A stretch of DNA of 64,000 bases from an uncultured Solirubrobacterales bacterium (GTDB lineage: Bacteria; Actinomycetota; Thermoleophilia; Solirubrobacterales; 70-9): the NCBI GenBank assembly GCA_963798875.1, contig CAWCUT010000002.1:1-64000 (forward strand). Reading direction: 5' to 3'. The translations under genes and the position numbers were made by a program. This document shows, in pieces, positions 1 to 8,666 of this stretch. The notes under the pieces were generated by a model. The model did no database searches and was not told the DNA's origin. It saw nothing but the letters and a program-made list of their open reading frames with translations. Numbering within the stretch: position 1 is the first letter of the stretch; each line of letters opens with the position of its first letter.

Positions 1-1444
1 CGCCCGGCTTCTCGGCCTCCGCGTGCTCGGTCGGCGCCGGGGCCGACCCGTTGCCGTTGCTCGCCGCCGCAAGAGCGCCGTTGCCGTTTGCGCCCGGTGC
101 TGGAGCGACGTCCTCGCCCGCGTAGGCGCCGGGCTTCGGCCGCGGCTTGCCGCCGGGGAAGGCGAGCCGCAGGATCGTGCGCTGGACCATCAGCCACTGC
201 TGGCCGAACGGGCCGCTGTTGTACGGGAGCCCGTAGCGCTTGCAGATGTCCTTGACCTTGGGCGCGATCTCGGCGTAGCGCGTCGACGGCATATCCGGGT
301 AGAGGTGGTGCTCGACCTGGTAGCCGAGGTTGCCGCTGGCGACGTGGAACAGCGGTGAGCCTTCGATGTTCGCCGCGCCGCAGAGCTGCCGCACGTACCA
401 GCCGCCCTTGCTCTCGTTCTCCGCCTCCTCGGGGGTGTAGGTGTAGGTCTGGTCCGGGAAGTGGCCACAGAAGATGATCGCGTTCGACCACACGTTGCGG
501 ACGATGTTGGCGATCACGTCGGCCCACATCGTCGCCCGGAAGGTGCGCACGAACTCCTCGCCGAAGCTGGCGCCGAGCTCGATCGCCAGGTCGCCGCCCA
601 GGGAGCCGCGGCGGCCGGGCATGCGGCGCAGCAGGCCGCGCTTGGCGGTGCGTGCCGTGCCGGCCACGCCGCCCGCCTTGCGGGCGCGGCGCTTGCGCCA
701 GGCGGCGGCGCCGACGGCGACGCCACCCGCGATCACGCCGGAGAGCGCCGGGAAGGCGATGTAGTCCTTGGTGACCTGGGTGCGGGCCTTGCCGGCGATC
801 CCCTTCAGGTCCTCGATCATCTCCTCGCGCGATTTCTCGCCCTTGCGGATCGCGTCGAAGTCCATGTCGTGGAAGGCGACGCCCCACTCGAACAGGACCA
901 TGAGCAGCACGTTGTAGAAGGGCTGCAGCAGGTAGACGGGGTTCCACGGCTGCGTCGGGTCGATGCGCATGATCTCGTAGCCGAGGTCCTTGTCCTTGCC
1001 GCGCACGTTCGTGTACGTGTGGTGGATGTAGTTGTGGGAGTGCTTCCAGGCCTCCTTGGTCGAGGCGGTGTCCCAGTCCCAGGTCGAGGAGTGGATCTCG
1101 GGGTTGTTCATCCAGTCCCACTGGCCGTGCATGACGTTGTGGCCGATCTCCATGTTCTCGAGGATCTTCGCCATCGACAGCGCCGCGGTTCCGGCCGCCC
1201 AGGCGGGCTTGAAGCGGCTCGCGACGAGCAGGGCCCGGCCGAGGAGGGCGAGCCGGCGGTGCATCGCGATCATCGAGTGGATGTACTTCGCGTCGCGTTC
1301 GCCGAGGTCGCCGAACACCTCCTCGTGAATCGCGTCGAACTCCTTGCCGAGCGCTTCGATTTGCTCGGCGGACAGGCGCCTCAGCGGGCTCTCGATCCCG
1401 TCAGGGTCGATCACTGGCTTCTGGCTCTCGGTTGTCGCAGTCAT
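1..1444 (-). CDS. Membrane acyl-CoA/fatty-acid desaturase, DesA3-like. Partial: the C-terminus runs off the window's 5' edge.
   Basis: Reverse-strand translation from ATG (revcomp of cat at 1442-1444, preceded by GGAGA). Reads MTATTESQKPVIDP... with histidine boxes HNVMHGQW, HNYIHHTYTNV and QVEHHLYPDMP. Sits next to an FNR/2Fe-2S reductase, as in the mycobacterial desA3-Rv3230c pair. Not in the ORF track because it has no stop in the window. Confidence 0.8.
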   Translation of the reverse strand, partial: MTATTESQKPVIDPDGIESPLRRLSAEQIEALGKEFDAIHEEVFGDLGERDAKYIHSMIAMHRRLALLGRALLVASRFKPAWAAGTAALSMAKILENMEIGHNVMHGQWDWMNNPEIHSSTWDWDTASTKEAWKHSHNYIHHTYTNVRGKDKDLGYEIMRIDPTQPWNPVYLLQPFYNVLLMVLFEWGVAFHDMDFDAIRKGEKSREEMIEDLKGIAGKARTQVTKDYIAFPALSGVIAGGVAVGAAAWRKRRARKAGGVAGTARTAKRGLLRRMPGRRGSLGGDLAIELGASFGEEFVRTFRATMWADVIANIVRNVWSNAIIFCGHFPDQTYTYTPEEAENESKGGWYVRQLCGAANIEGSPLFHVASGNLGYQVEHHLYPDMPSTRYAEIAPKVKDICKRYGLPYNSGPFGQQWLMVQRTILRLAFPGGKPRPKPGAYAGEDVAPAPGANGNGALAAASNGNGSAPAPTEHAEAEKPG

Positions 1445-1508
1445 CGGGTCTCCATTTCTCCTCGGTGTACTTCGCTGTTACCCGCTTGCCGCGCTGCTGC
1501 CCGATTTC

Positions 1509-2612
1509 TCATAGCGCGATCTCCACGGGGCCCTCGGGGGCGTTCACGCAGATGCGGACCTTCGTTCCCTCCTCGCCGTGCACCTCACCCGAGCGCAGGT
1601 CTCGCAGGCGACCGGAGCAGAGCGTGCCGACGCACGTGTGGCAGATCCCCATCCTGCAGCCGTATTCGAGCTCGGCACCGGCCTCTTCGCCGGCGTCGAG
1701 GATCGGCGTGCTGCCGTCGCTGTGGGCCTCGATGCCGCTCTTCGTGAAGGTGATCCTGCCGCCCTCCCCGCCGGCGGCGCCCTCCCCGCCGATCACCGGC
1801 TGGAAGCGCTCGAGGTGGAGGCGATCGGTGATCCCCTCCTCTTCCCAGCGGACCTCGAAGTCCTCGATCATCTCGGCCGGGCCGCAGAGGAAGGTGTCGC
1901 GCTCGCGCCAGTCGGGGCAGAGCTCGTCGAGGTCGCCGGGGCGGATGCGTCCGTCGCCGGCCCGGGTGTGCTGCTCGTGCAGCTGCAGGCCGGAGCAGCG
2001 CGCGTCGAGCTCGCGCAGGCGCTCACCGAAGATGATGTCGTCGGAGCTCGGAGCCGAGTGCAGGTGGACGACGTCGCCGAGCGCGTCCTCGCGATCGAGG
2101 CAGCGCAGCATCGCCATGATCGGCGTGATCCCGCTGCCGGCGGAGATGAAGAGGATCCGCTCGGGACGCGGATCCGGGAGCACGAACTGGCCCTCGACGT
2201 CGGAGAGCGAGACGATCGCGCCGGGCCGCAGCTCGCTATTCACGTACGGAGAGACCTTGCCCTCCTCGACGAGCTTCGGCGTGATCGAGATGAAGCCGTC
2301 CGGGCGGCCGGGGTCCGAGGTGAGCGAGTAGGCGCGCCAGTGGCGGACGCCGGCGATGTCGAAGCCGATCCGCAGGTACTGGCCGGGCTCGTGGCCGGGC
2401 CAGGCGTGGCCGGGCCGGATCAGCACCGTGGTCGCCCCGCCCTGCTCGGGAATCAGCTCCTCGACCCGGCCGCGCAGCTCGCGCGTCGACCAGAGCGGGT
2501 TGATCAGCTCGAGGTAGTCGTCCGGCAGCAGCGGCGAGGTGAAGGCGCTGACCGCCTCCAGGATCCGGGCCCGCACCGGATGAACGACGGGCTTGGCACC
2601 GCGCTCAGCCAT
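1509..2612 (-). CDS. FAD/NAD(P)-binding oxidoreductase with a C-terminal 2Fe-2S ferredoxin domain; the electron-transfer partner of the desaturase.
   Basis: 367-aa ORF. FNR-like fold (RAYSL, GSGITP motifs). C-terminal Cys cluster CRMGICHTCVGTLCSG...C. RBS GGAAGGAGA upstream. Co-directional, 65 nt upstream of the desaturase. Confidence 0.85.
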   Translation of the reverse strand: MAERGAKPVVHPVRARILEAVSAFTSPLLPDDYLELINPLWSTRELRGRVEELIPEQGGATTVLIRPGHAWPGHEPGQYLRIGFDIAGVRHWRAYSLTSDPGRPDGFISITPKLVEEGKVSPYVNSELRPGAIVSLSDVEGQFVLPDPRPERILFISAGSGITPIMAMLRCLDREDALGDVVHLHSAPSSDDIIFGERLRELDARCSGLQLHEQHTRAGDGRIRPGDLDELCPDWRERDTFLCGPAEMIEDFEVRWEEEGITDRLHLERFQPVIGGEGAAGGEGGRITFTKSGIEAHSDGSTPILDAGEEAGAELEYGCRMGICHTCVGTLCSGRLRDLRSGEVHGEEGTKVRICVNAPEGPVEIAL

Positions 2613-2863
2613 CGACTCTCCTTCCGCGCCGACCGTATCGGATATCTGCGTACATGCCTTCCACTTACCCCTTGATAGCAGATCGTTACACCAACTGATG
2701 GCACATCAATTTGGTTGGCCAGTCAGCCAGTGGTGATACACGGGCACGTGTCGGTGGCCCTCCCGCCGACCTGCCGGTCGAGCGAGTGGAAGATTGGCGG
2801 GAATCGTTCCCCTCAATCACTCCACTCGCGTGGCCGGCCGTTTGCCCGGCGCGTGGCACGGGA

Positions 2864-3793
2864 ATGCCGGTGGGTATGGCTCTCGATGCAATGACGAGTG
2901 AACCGGCGCCCGGCACCGAGGCTCCCGGTGACGACGCCGTCTGCGTGCGGATCGATGAGTTCACCGATCCCCTCTGCCCGTGGGCCTACAGCGCCGAGCC
3001 CTTCCGGCGCCGGCTCCGCTGGCTGTACGAGGGCCGGATCAGCTGGACACCGCGCATGGTCGTGCTGGCCGACGACGCTGCCGCCCAGGCCGAGAAGGTT
3101 TGCTTCACCCCCGAGAAGCTCCGCGAGGGCCAGCGCCAGATCGCACGCGATCACAAGATGCCGATCGATACGCGCGAACGCGACTACGTGCCCGGCTCGC
3201 GCGACGCCTGCCGGGCGGTCGTCGCCGCCCGCCAGCACGGCGAGCCGCACCACGCCCGGGCCCTGCTGCGGGCGCTGCGCGTAGCCAACTTCTCGGGCCG
3301 GCAGATCGATAGGCGCGAGGTCATCGACGACGCCGCCGAGCGGGCCGGGATCGAGCCCGCCCACCTACGCCAGCAGGAGCTTCTGAACGAGACCGAGGCG
3401 GCGCTGGAGGCCGACATGGCGGCCGCGCGCGAGCCGCAACCGGCCGCGCGCGTGCTCGACCAGAAGCTCGCCAACTGGTCCGGCGGTCGTCGCTACACCT
3501 GTCCGAGCTACGAGATCACGCGCCTCTCCGACGGAGTGACGATCGCCGTCCCCGGCTTCCAGCCGTTCGCGGTCTACGACACGATCCTCGCCAACCTCGT
3601 GCCGGGGCTCGAGCGCCGCGACGCTCCGGAGACGGCACGCGAGGTCCTCGAGTGGTCGGCCGTGCCGATCAGCAGCCAGGAGGTCGCGGTGATGCTCGAC
3701 GTCGACTTCGAGGACGCCCGCGAGGAGCTCGGCCGGATCGCCGTGCTCGAGCCCGTCGGCGCCGACGGCTTTTGGACGCTGGCTGACGCCTAG
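2864..3793 (+). CDS. DsbA-like thioredoxin-fold protein (DSBA family); single-Cys CPWA variant.
   Basis: Motif VRIDEFTDPLCPWAYS near the N-terminus, typical of DSBA-family proteins. The ORF track start (2711) is probably over-extended; I chose the in-frame ATG at 2864. The start is uncertain (alternatives at 2876 and 2891). Confidence 0.55.
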   Translation: MPVGMALDAMTSEPAPGTEAPGDDAVCVRIDEFTDPLCPWAYSAEPFRRRLRWLYEGRISWTPRMVVLADDAAAQAEKVCFTPEKLREGQRQIARDHKMPIDTRERDYVPGSRDACRAVVAARQHGEPHHARALLRALRVANFSGRQIDRREVIDDAAERAGIEPAHLRQQELLNETEAALEADMAAAREPQPAARVLDQKLANWSGGRRYTCPSYEITRLSDGVTIAVPGFQPFAVYDTILANLVPGLERRDAPETAREVLEWSAVPISSQEVAVMLDVDFEDAREELGRIAVLEPVGADGFWTLADA

Positions 3794-3861
3794 ATGGCTA
3801 GAGGGCTCGTCCCGACCGCCTGCCCTTGCGGGCCCGCGATCCCCGCGCTACTTTTCGTCAC

Positions 3862-5151
3862 ATGGCTCGGGCGTCAAGCCATGCGCAGCTGATCGGGATC
3901 GCGCTCGCAGTTGCCGCGACGGCGCTGATTGCCGCCGGCCCGGCGCAGGCGGTGCCGAAGGTCAACGGCGTCTACGACCTCGACCCCTCCGAGATGCCCT
4001 TGTATCTGACCGAGGGTCCGGACGGGAACATCTGGCTGACGCTCTCGGGCGGCGCCAACGACGTCGCCCGGGTGACGCCCGCCGGCGTCGTCATCGAGTT
4101 CGACGTGGCGAACGTCAGCAACCCGGTCGGGATCGCGGCCGGCCCCGACGGCAACCTCTGGGTGACGCAGTCCGGCGGCGTTGCCTCCTTCGCACCCGCC
4201 GATCCGACGAACGCGACCGCGACGCCGATCGCGTCGCTGGCGGACCCGCGGGCCATCACCCCGGGCCCCGACGGCAACCTGTGGACGGCGAGCGGCGATC
4301 AGGTCTACGAGGTCCCGCCCGCGAACCCGGCCGGCTTCCAGCACTTCGCGGTGACGGGCATGGGCGCCCGCGGGATCAGCGCCGGGCCGAGCCTGATCTG
4401 GATCGCCGACTTCGGCGGCAAGCGGATCGTCAGCATGAAGACCGACGGTTCGGTCGCCAAGGCCTATACGGCGTCGGGCGGGCCGCAGGAGGTCACCGCG
4501 GGACCCGGCCAGCAGGTCGCCTTCGGCGATCCCACCGCGACGCCGCAGCAGATCGGGCGGATCAACCCGCCCAACAACCCGCTGACGCGAAACCTGCCGT
4601 CGATGACCGATCCGTTCGGCGTCACGTTCGGGGCCGACGGCGCCTACTGGTTCGCGCAGTTCGCGGTCAACACGCTCGGCCGGCTGACCCCCTCCGGCGC
4701 CTACACGACGCTCACCGGGCTGCCGGCCGCCTCAGGCCCCAGGTATCTGACGACGGGGCCGAACAACACGCTGTGGGTCGGCCTTCAAACCTCGCACCAG
4801 GTTGCGCGCGTGACCGGCGTGAGCAAGCCGCCGCCCAAGAAGGCGCCGGAGACGACGATCACGAAGGCGACCAAGCGCGTCCGCGCGGGTAAGCACGGCG
4901 CCAAGGCCAGCTTCCGATTCACGGCGACGCCGACGGCCGGGGCGAGCTTCGAGTGCGCGCTGCGCCGCCACCACAAGCGCAAAGGGAGCGAGAAGAAGCT
5001 GGCGAAGTTCACCTCATGCGCGAGTCCCGCGAAGTACCGGAAGCTGCGCAGGGGCAGCTGGACGTTCAGCGTCAGAGCGACGGCGAACGGCCTGACGGAC
5101 GCCTCGCCGGCGACCGCGGAGCTCAAGATCAAGCCGCGCCGCCGGCACTGA
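3862..5151 (+). CDS. Secreted beta-propeller protein with Vgb/streptogramin-lyase-like GPDGNLW repeats and a basic C-terminal tail.
   Basis: ATG at 3862 opens a signal peptide, MARASSHAQLIGIALAVAATALIAAGPAQA. Repeated ...GPDGN(I/L)W(V/L)T... blades. C-terminal Lys/Arg-rich extension. Confidence 0.6.
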   Translation: MARASSHAQLIGIALAVAATALIAAGPAQAVPKVNGVYDLDPSEMPLYLTEGPDGNIWLTLSGGANDVARVTPAGVVIEFDVANVSNPVGIAAGPDGNLWVTQSGGVASFAPADPTNATATPIASLADPRAITPGPDGNLWTASGDQVYEVPPANPAGFQHFAVTGMGARGISAGPSLIWIADFGGKRIVSMKTDGSVAKAYTASGGPQEVTAGPGQQVAFGDPTATPQQIGRINPPNNPLTRNLPSMTDPFGVTFGADGAYWFAQFAVNTLGRLTPSGAYTTLTGLPAASGPRYLTTGPNNTLWVGLQTSHQVARVTGVSKPPPKKAPETTITKATKRVRAGKHGAKASFRFTATPTAGASFECALRRHHKRKGSEKKLAKFTSCASPAKYRKLRRGSWTFSVRATANGLTDASPATAELKIKPRRRH

Positions 5152-5261
5152 GCCCGGCGCGCCGCGGCGAAGTCCCTGCAAATCTGCGCCCAGATCCGAG
5201 GGGCGCGCGGCGCAGCGTATGAGCGTTGCGTTAGCGCGGCGTTTTGTGTATCTTTCCGCGA

Positions 5262-5399
5262 AACCTGAAACCCATGCCGAATCTCCCCAATTGGGGAGAG
5301 CGGGGGAACCACAGTTCCCAGGGGCTAACTCACCAGCCGCAATTGGTGGGGGCGAAATCCTTTTGTCGCCAGCCCGACAGCTAACCCCGTAGGCGCACA
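5262..5399 (+). ncRNA. ydaO/yuaA-type cyclic-di-AMP riboswitch leader.
   Basis: Lower-GC leader directly 5' of an NlpC/P60 hydrolase gene. Contains CGAAUCUCCCC...GGGGAG...GGGGGAACC and the 3' block CCCGACAGCUAACCCCGUAGGCG, which matches the conserved ydaO terminal consensus (CCGACAGCUAACCUCGUAAGCG). The genomic context (cell-wall hydrolase) is the classical actinobacterial context for this riboswitch. Confidence 0.5.
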
Positions 5400-5411
5400 A
5401 AAGGAGTTCAA

Positions 5412-5972
5412 GTGCCCAAAGAGACCCTGAAGCGATGGCCCGTCAAGGCTTGGCTTCTGAGCGTCGCCGCAACCGTCGGTCTGGTTGCCCTCATCGCTCC
5501 CGCCGCAGCGTCGGCCGGCGGCGGCGGGGTCGGCGTCGGCTCGAGCCAGGACACCGTCCCCGGCAGCAAGGCGAAGCTCGTCCACGGACGTGCAGTCGCT
5601 CCCGCCAGCGCCCCCGACGAGGTCAAGGCCGTCATCGCCGCCGCCAACAAGATCCGCAACAAGCCCTACAAGTGGGGCGGCGGTCACGGCAAGTGGAAGG
5701 ACTCCGGCTACGACTGCTCCGGATCCGTCAGCTACGCGCTGCACGGCGGGCACCTGCTCAACAAGCCGCTCGACTCCGTCGGCTTCGAGCGCTACGGCGC
5801 GAAGAAGCACGGCAGCTGGATCACCGTGTACGGCTCCTCCAGCCACGCTTACATGGTCGTCGCCGGCCTGCGCTTCGATACGTCGATGACGCCGGGCAAC
5901 GGCCCCGGGTGGAGCAAGAAGATGCGCTCGACCCGCGAGAGCTACACCAAGCGCCACCCGCGCGGCTTCTAG
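5412..5972 (+). CDS. Secreted NlpC/P60-family peptidoglycan endopeptidase.
   Basis: GTG start after RBS AAGGAG. Signal peptide. NlpC/P60 active-site context KPYKWGGGHGKWKDSGYDCSGSVSYAL with downstream His (SHAYMV). Confidence 0.8.
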   Translation: MPKETLKRWPVKAWLLSVAATVGLVALIAPAAASAGGGGVGVGSSQDTVPGSKAKLVHGRAVAPASAPDEVKAVIAAANKIRNKPYKWGGGHGKWKDSGYDCSGSVSYALHGGHLLNKPLDSVGFERYGAKKHGSWITVYGSSSHAYMVVAGLRFDTSMTPGNGPGWSKKMRSTRESYTKRHPRGF

Positions 5973-6092
5973 CAAGCCGGCGGCGTCCGGGCACGCCTGA
6001 GGCCACCCACCGGCCGCCCACATGCCACCAGTATGCGGGCGGACCGGCGTGCGCCCTCAGCCGCCCCCGGACACTCGCCGCGTCTCCGACGC

Positions 6093-7115
6093 TCAGAGCA
6101 GCCGGAGCACGGCGCGCTCGATCCCCTCCCGGTCGGGGAAGGCGCCCGGATCAGCACCGCGCTCGATCCGCTCCAGGGCGCCGCGTACTGTCTCGCCCGA
6201 ATCGAAGCGGTCGAACACCCGCGGGTCGATGTAGGAAGCGCGGCAGACGGCCGGCGTGTTGTTGAGGTAGGCCGCCGTCTCGCGCACCGCCGCGTTCGCG
6301 ATCCGCTTGCGCTCGGCCTTCGTCGGGCGCCGCCTACCGCCGTCGGGCGCGTTGACAGCGAGCAGCACGGCGCAGAGCACGGTCGCGTTCCAGGTGCGGA
6401 AGTCCTTGGCGCTGAAGCCGGGGCCGGCGACTTCCTTGATGTACGCGTTGACGTGCTCGGAGGTGAGATCGCGCCACTCGCGGCCGCGGCGGAAGAGGAA
6501 GAGGTCCTGTCCCGGCTCGCCGCGCTTCTTCAGTGCCCTCAGCGTCGGCATCACCTGCGGCGCCGAGATCTGCTGATGGCCGCGCTTGCCGGACTTCGAC
6601 GGATAGTCGAAGACGGCGTCGCCGTCCTCGAAGGAGAGGTGCCGGCACTTGATCGTCGTCAGCCCGTAGCTCTCGTTCTCACTCTCGTAGCGCTCGCTGC
6701 CGACCCGGAAGAGGCCGAGGTCCAAGAGCGCGACGGCACACGCGCAGACCCGCTCGAAGACGAGGCCACGCTCGTCCAGCCCCGCCTCGATCCGCGCGCG
6801 CAGCTTCGGCAGGCGGCGCGCAAACTCCTCCATCTCCGCGAACTTGACCCGGTCGCGATGCTCGCGCCAGTCGTCGTGGTAGCGGTACTGCTTGCGCCCG
6901 GCGTCGTCGTAGCCGGTCGCCTGGATGTGACCACGCGGATCGGGACAGATCCACACGTCGGACCACGCCGGCGGGATCGCCAGGGCGCGAACCCGCTCGA
7001 GCGTCGCCTCGTCGGTGATCAGCTCGCCATCCTGCTCGTGGAAGCTGAAGCCGCCGCCACGCCGGGTCCGATGGATCCCCGGACCGGAGCAGTCGACTCG
7101 GCGCGTGCGAGGCAT
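6093..7115 (-). CDS. Bacterial type IB DNA topoisomerase (TopIB, poxvirus-like).
   Basis: 340 aa starting MPRTRRVDCSGPGIHRTRRGGGFSFHEQDGELI.... Conserved ALAIPPAWSDVWICPDP, GYDDAGRKQYRYH, FRVGSERYESENESYGLTT, SGKRGH, RTWNATV and the catalytic-Tyr context CRASYIDP. The 751-aa track ORF containing it is an over-extension. Confidence 0.8.
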   Translation of the reverse strand: MPRTRRVDCSGPGIHRTRRGGGFSFHEQDGELITDEATLERVRALAIPPAWSDVWICPDPRGHIQATGYDDAGRKQYRYHDDWREHRDRVKFAEMEEFARRLPKLRARIEAGLDERGLVFERVCACAVALLDLGLFRVGSERYESENESYGLTTIKCRHLSFEDGDAVFDYPSKSGKRGHQQISAPQVMPTLRALKKRGEPGQDLFLFRRGREWRDLTSEHVNAYIKEVAGPGFSAKDFRTWNATVLCAVLLAVNAPDGGRRRPTKAERKRIANAAVRETAAYLNNTPAVCRASYIDPRVFDRFDSGETVRGALERIERGADPGAFPDREGIERAVLRLL

Positions 7116-7278
7116 CGGCAGCCGAGAGGTACCCGTCCGGACCGGACGGGAAACGGCCACAGCCTCACCGTCCAACCGCCATGCCTGGCGCTGGTTGGCC
7201 CCTCGCCGGCCGTAGCCCCCTCGCCGGCGGGCGTTGACCGCCCTGGGCAGCGACGGGAGAGGGCGGGGCGAAGAATCA

Positions 7279-7371
7279 CGCCGGACGTCCGATCTTGGGC
7301 GACGTGTGGCGCGTTCATGCGCGCTGAGTGAAGCTACGCGCCACACCTCCGCGCACGCGGGACGTCCGGCG
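7279..7371. repeat. Nested inverted repeat (two-level hairpin).
   Basis: Outer arms cgccggacgtcc (7279-7290) and ggacgtccggcg (7360-7371). Inner arms gtgtggcgcg (7304-7313) and cgcgccacac (7337-7346). Both pairs are perfect complements. Contains the recurring motif GACGTGTGGCGCG. Confidence 0.5.
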
Positions 7372-7694
7372 CAGTCCTTCGCCTGGGCCCCGGGCGAGCC
7401 GTCCCGTCCATCCACCTCCTCGCCGCCCCGCAAGCCGTTGCCGCAGGCGGGCGACGCGGCCCCGCGCGGCACACCCCGCCGGCGAGCGGTTGACCGGAGC
7501 GGACTCGCATGCGAACCCACTGACGCTCCGGTGGGTTCGCAAACGGGCCTCCCCGGGTACCTTTGCCGCGTGTTCCGCCTCGTAACGCGCAAGCAGGACC
7601 GCTCGCAGGACTCCATTGCCTCGACGCCCGCGCCCGTGCAGGCCTTGTCGGACGCCGGGTTCGAGCGGCCGCTCGAGCGGGCCGGAGCAACGCT

Positions 7695-8636
7695 GTGAGC
7701 GCAGCCGAGGGGGCGGCGGGCCGCGTGCTCGTCGCCGGCGCGAACGGCTTCATCGGCCGGCGGCTGGTGACGGCGCTGCACCGGCGTGGCCGTCCCGTGC
7801 GGGCGCTGGCGCGCAGCCCCGAGCGGGCCGCCGCCGTGCTGCCCGGCGACGTCGAGCTGGCGATCGCCGACGTCGAGAGCGGCGAGGGCCTGACCGAAGC
7901 GCTCGCCGGCTGCGAGCACGCCTACTTCCTCGTTCACCTGATGGCCGGCGCCAACGCCGGCTACACCGAGCGGGAGCGCGCGAGCGCCGTCCTGTTCGCC
8001 GCCGCCGCCGCTGAGGCCGGCGTCGAGCGGATCTCCTACCTCGGCGGGCTCGGCGGCAACTCGCCGCATCTGACCTCCCGCCGGCAGACCGCCGAGGCGT
8101 TGATCGAGCAGGGCCCGCCGCTCACCTACTTTCGCGCGGCGATGATCGTCGGGCCCGGGAGCGAGTCCTACGAGCTGTTGCGCTCGATCGTCGAGCTGCT
8201 GCCGGTCGCGCCCGCGCCGAGCTGGCTCGAGAACCGGACGCAGCCGATCGGGGTGCGGGACGTGATCGCGTACCTGGCCGCCGCTCCCGACGTGCCGGAG
8301 TCGGCCGGCCGCGAGGTGCAGATCGGCGGCCCCGACGTGCTCAGCCACCGCGAGGTGATCGACGTGCTCGCGGCGCAGATGGGCAGGCGCGGTCCGCGCT
8401 GGCTGCCGGTCTCGGAGCGGATCGCGAAGCCCGAGGTGATGGCCGCCGGCGCGGCCTCACTGACGCGCGGCGACCCCGCCGTCGCCGCGGAGCTCGCCCT
8501 CGGGCTGCAGGAGGAGACGATCGTCACCGATCCGTCGGGCGCCGCCCCCTTCGGGATCCGGCCCGAGCCGCTGCCGGTCATCTTCCAGCGCTGCCTGATC
8601 GAGGCCGAGCGCGAGGCAGCGGCCGCGCACCGCTGA
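7695..8636 (+). CDS. NAD(P)-binding NmrA/SDR-family protein (atypical epimerase/reductase-like).
   Basis: Rossmann motif VLVAGANGFIGRRLV near the N-terminus. GTG at 7695; upstream ORF residues are low-complexity. An alternative start is the GTG at 7725. Confidence 0.7.
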   Translation: MSAAEGAAGRVLVAGANGFIGRRLVTALHRRGRPVRALARSPERAAAVLPGDVELAIADVESGEGLTEALAGCEHAYFLVHLMAGANAGYTERERASAVLFAAAAAEAGVERISYLGGLGGNSPHLTSRRQTAEALIEQGPPLTYFRAAMIVGPGSESYELLRSIVELLPVAPAPSWLENRTQPIGVRDVIAYLAAAPDVPESAGREVQIGGPDVLSHREVIDVLAAQMGRRGPRWLPVSERIAKPEVMAAGAASLTRGDPAVAAELALGLQEETIVTDPSGAAPFGIRPEPLPVIFQRCLIEAEREAAAAHR

Positions 8637-8666
8637 TAAGCAACCCCCGGCAAGCCGAAAGGAACC

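Noticed and set aside
461-1747. 428-aa plus-strand ORF (and 474-764, 514-726) overlapping the desaturase.
   Set aside because: Antisense to a well-supported desaturase CDS. The composition is Arg/Ala/Gly low-complexity typical of spurious ORFs in a roughly 72% GC sequence.
2711-2863. Upstream 51 codons of the DsbA-like ORF as coding.
   Set aside because: DSBA-family proteins begin a few residues before the CPxx motif. The upstream part lies in the divergent promoter region and lacks a signal-peptide-like sequence.
7511-7540. Possible tRNA or T-arm-like sequence (GGTGGGTTCGCAAAC).
   Set aside because: It lacks a TTCGAAT-type T-loop, acceptor-stem pairing and a CCA-compatible 3' end. It is better explained as a simple 10-bp hairpin.
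6093-8348. 751-aa minus-strand ORF treated as a single large gene.
   Set aside because: Only the C-terminal 340 aa (6093-7115) match TopIB. The upstream 400 residues are low-complexity and overlap a real plus-strand SDR gene, so they are an over-extension.
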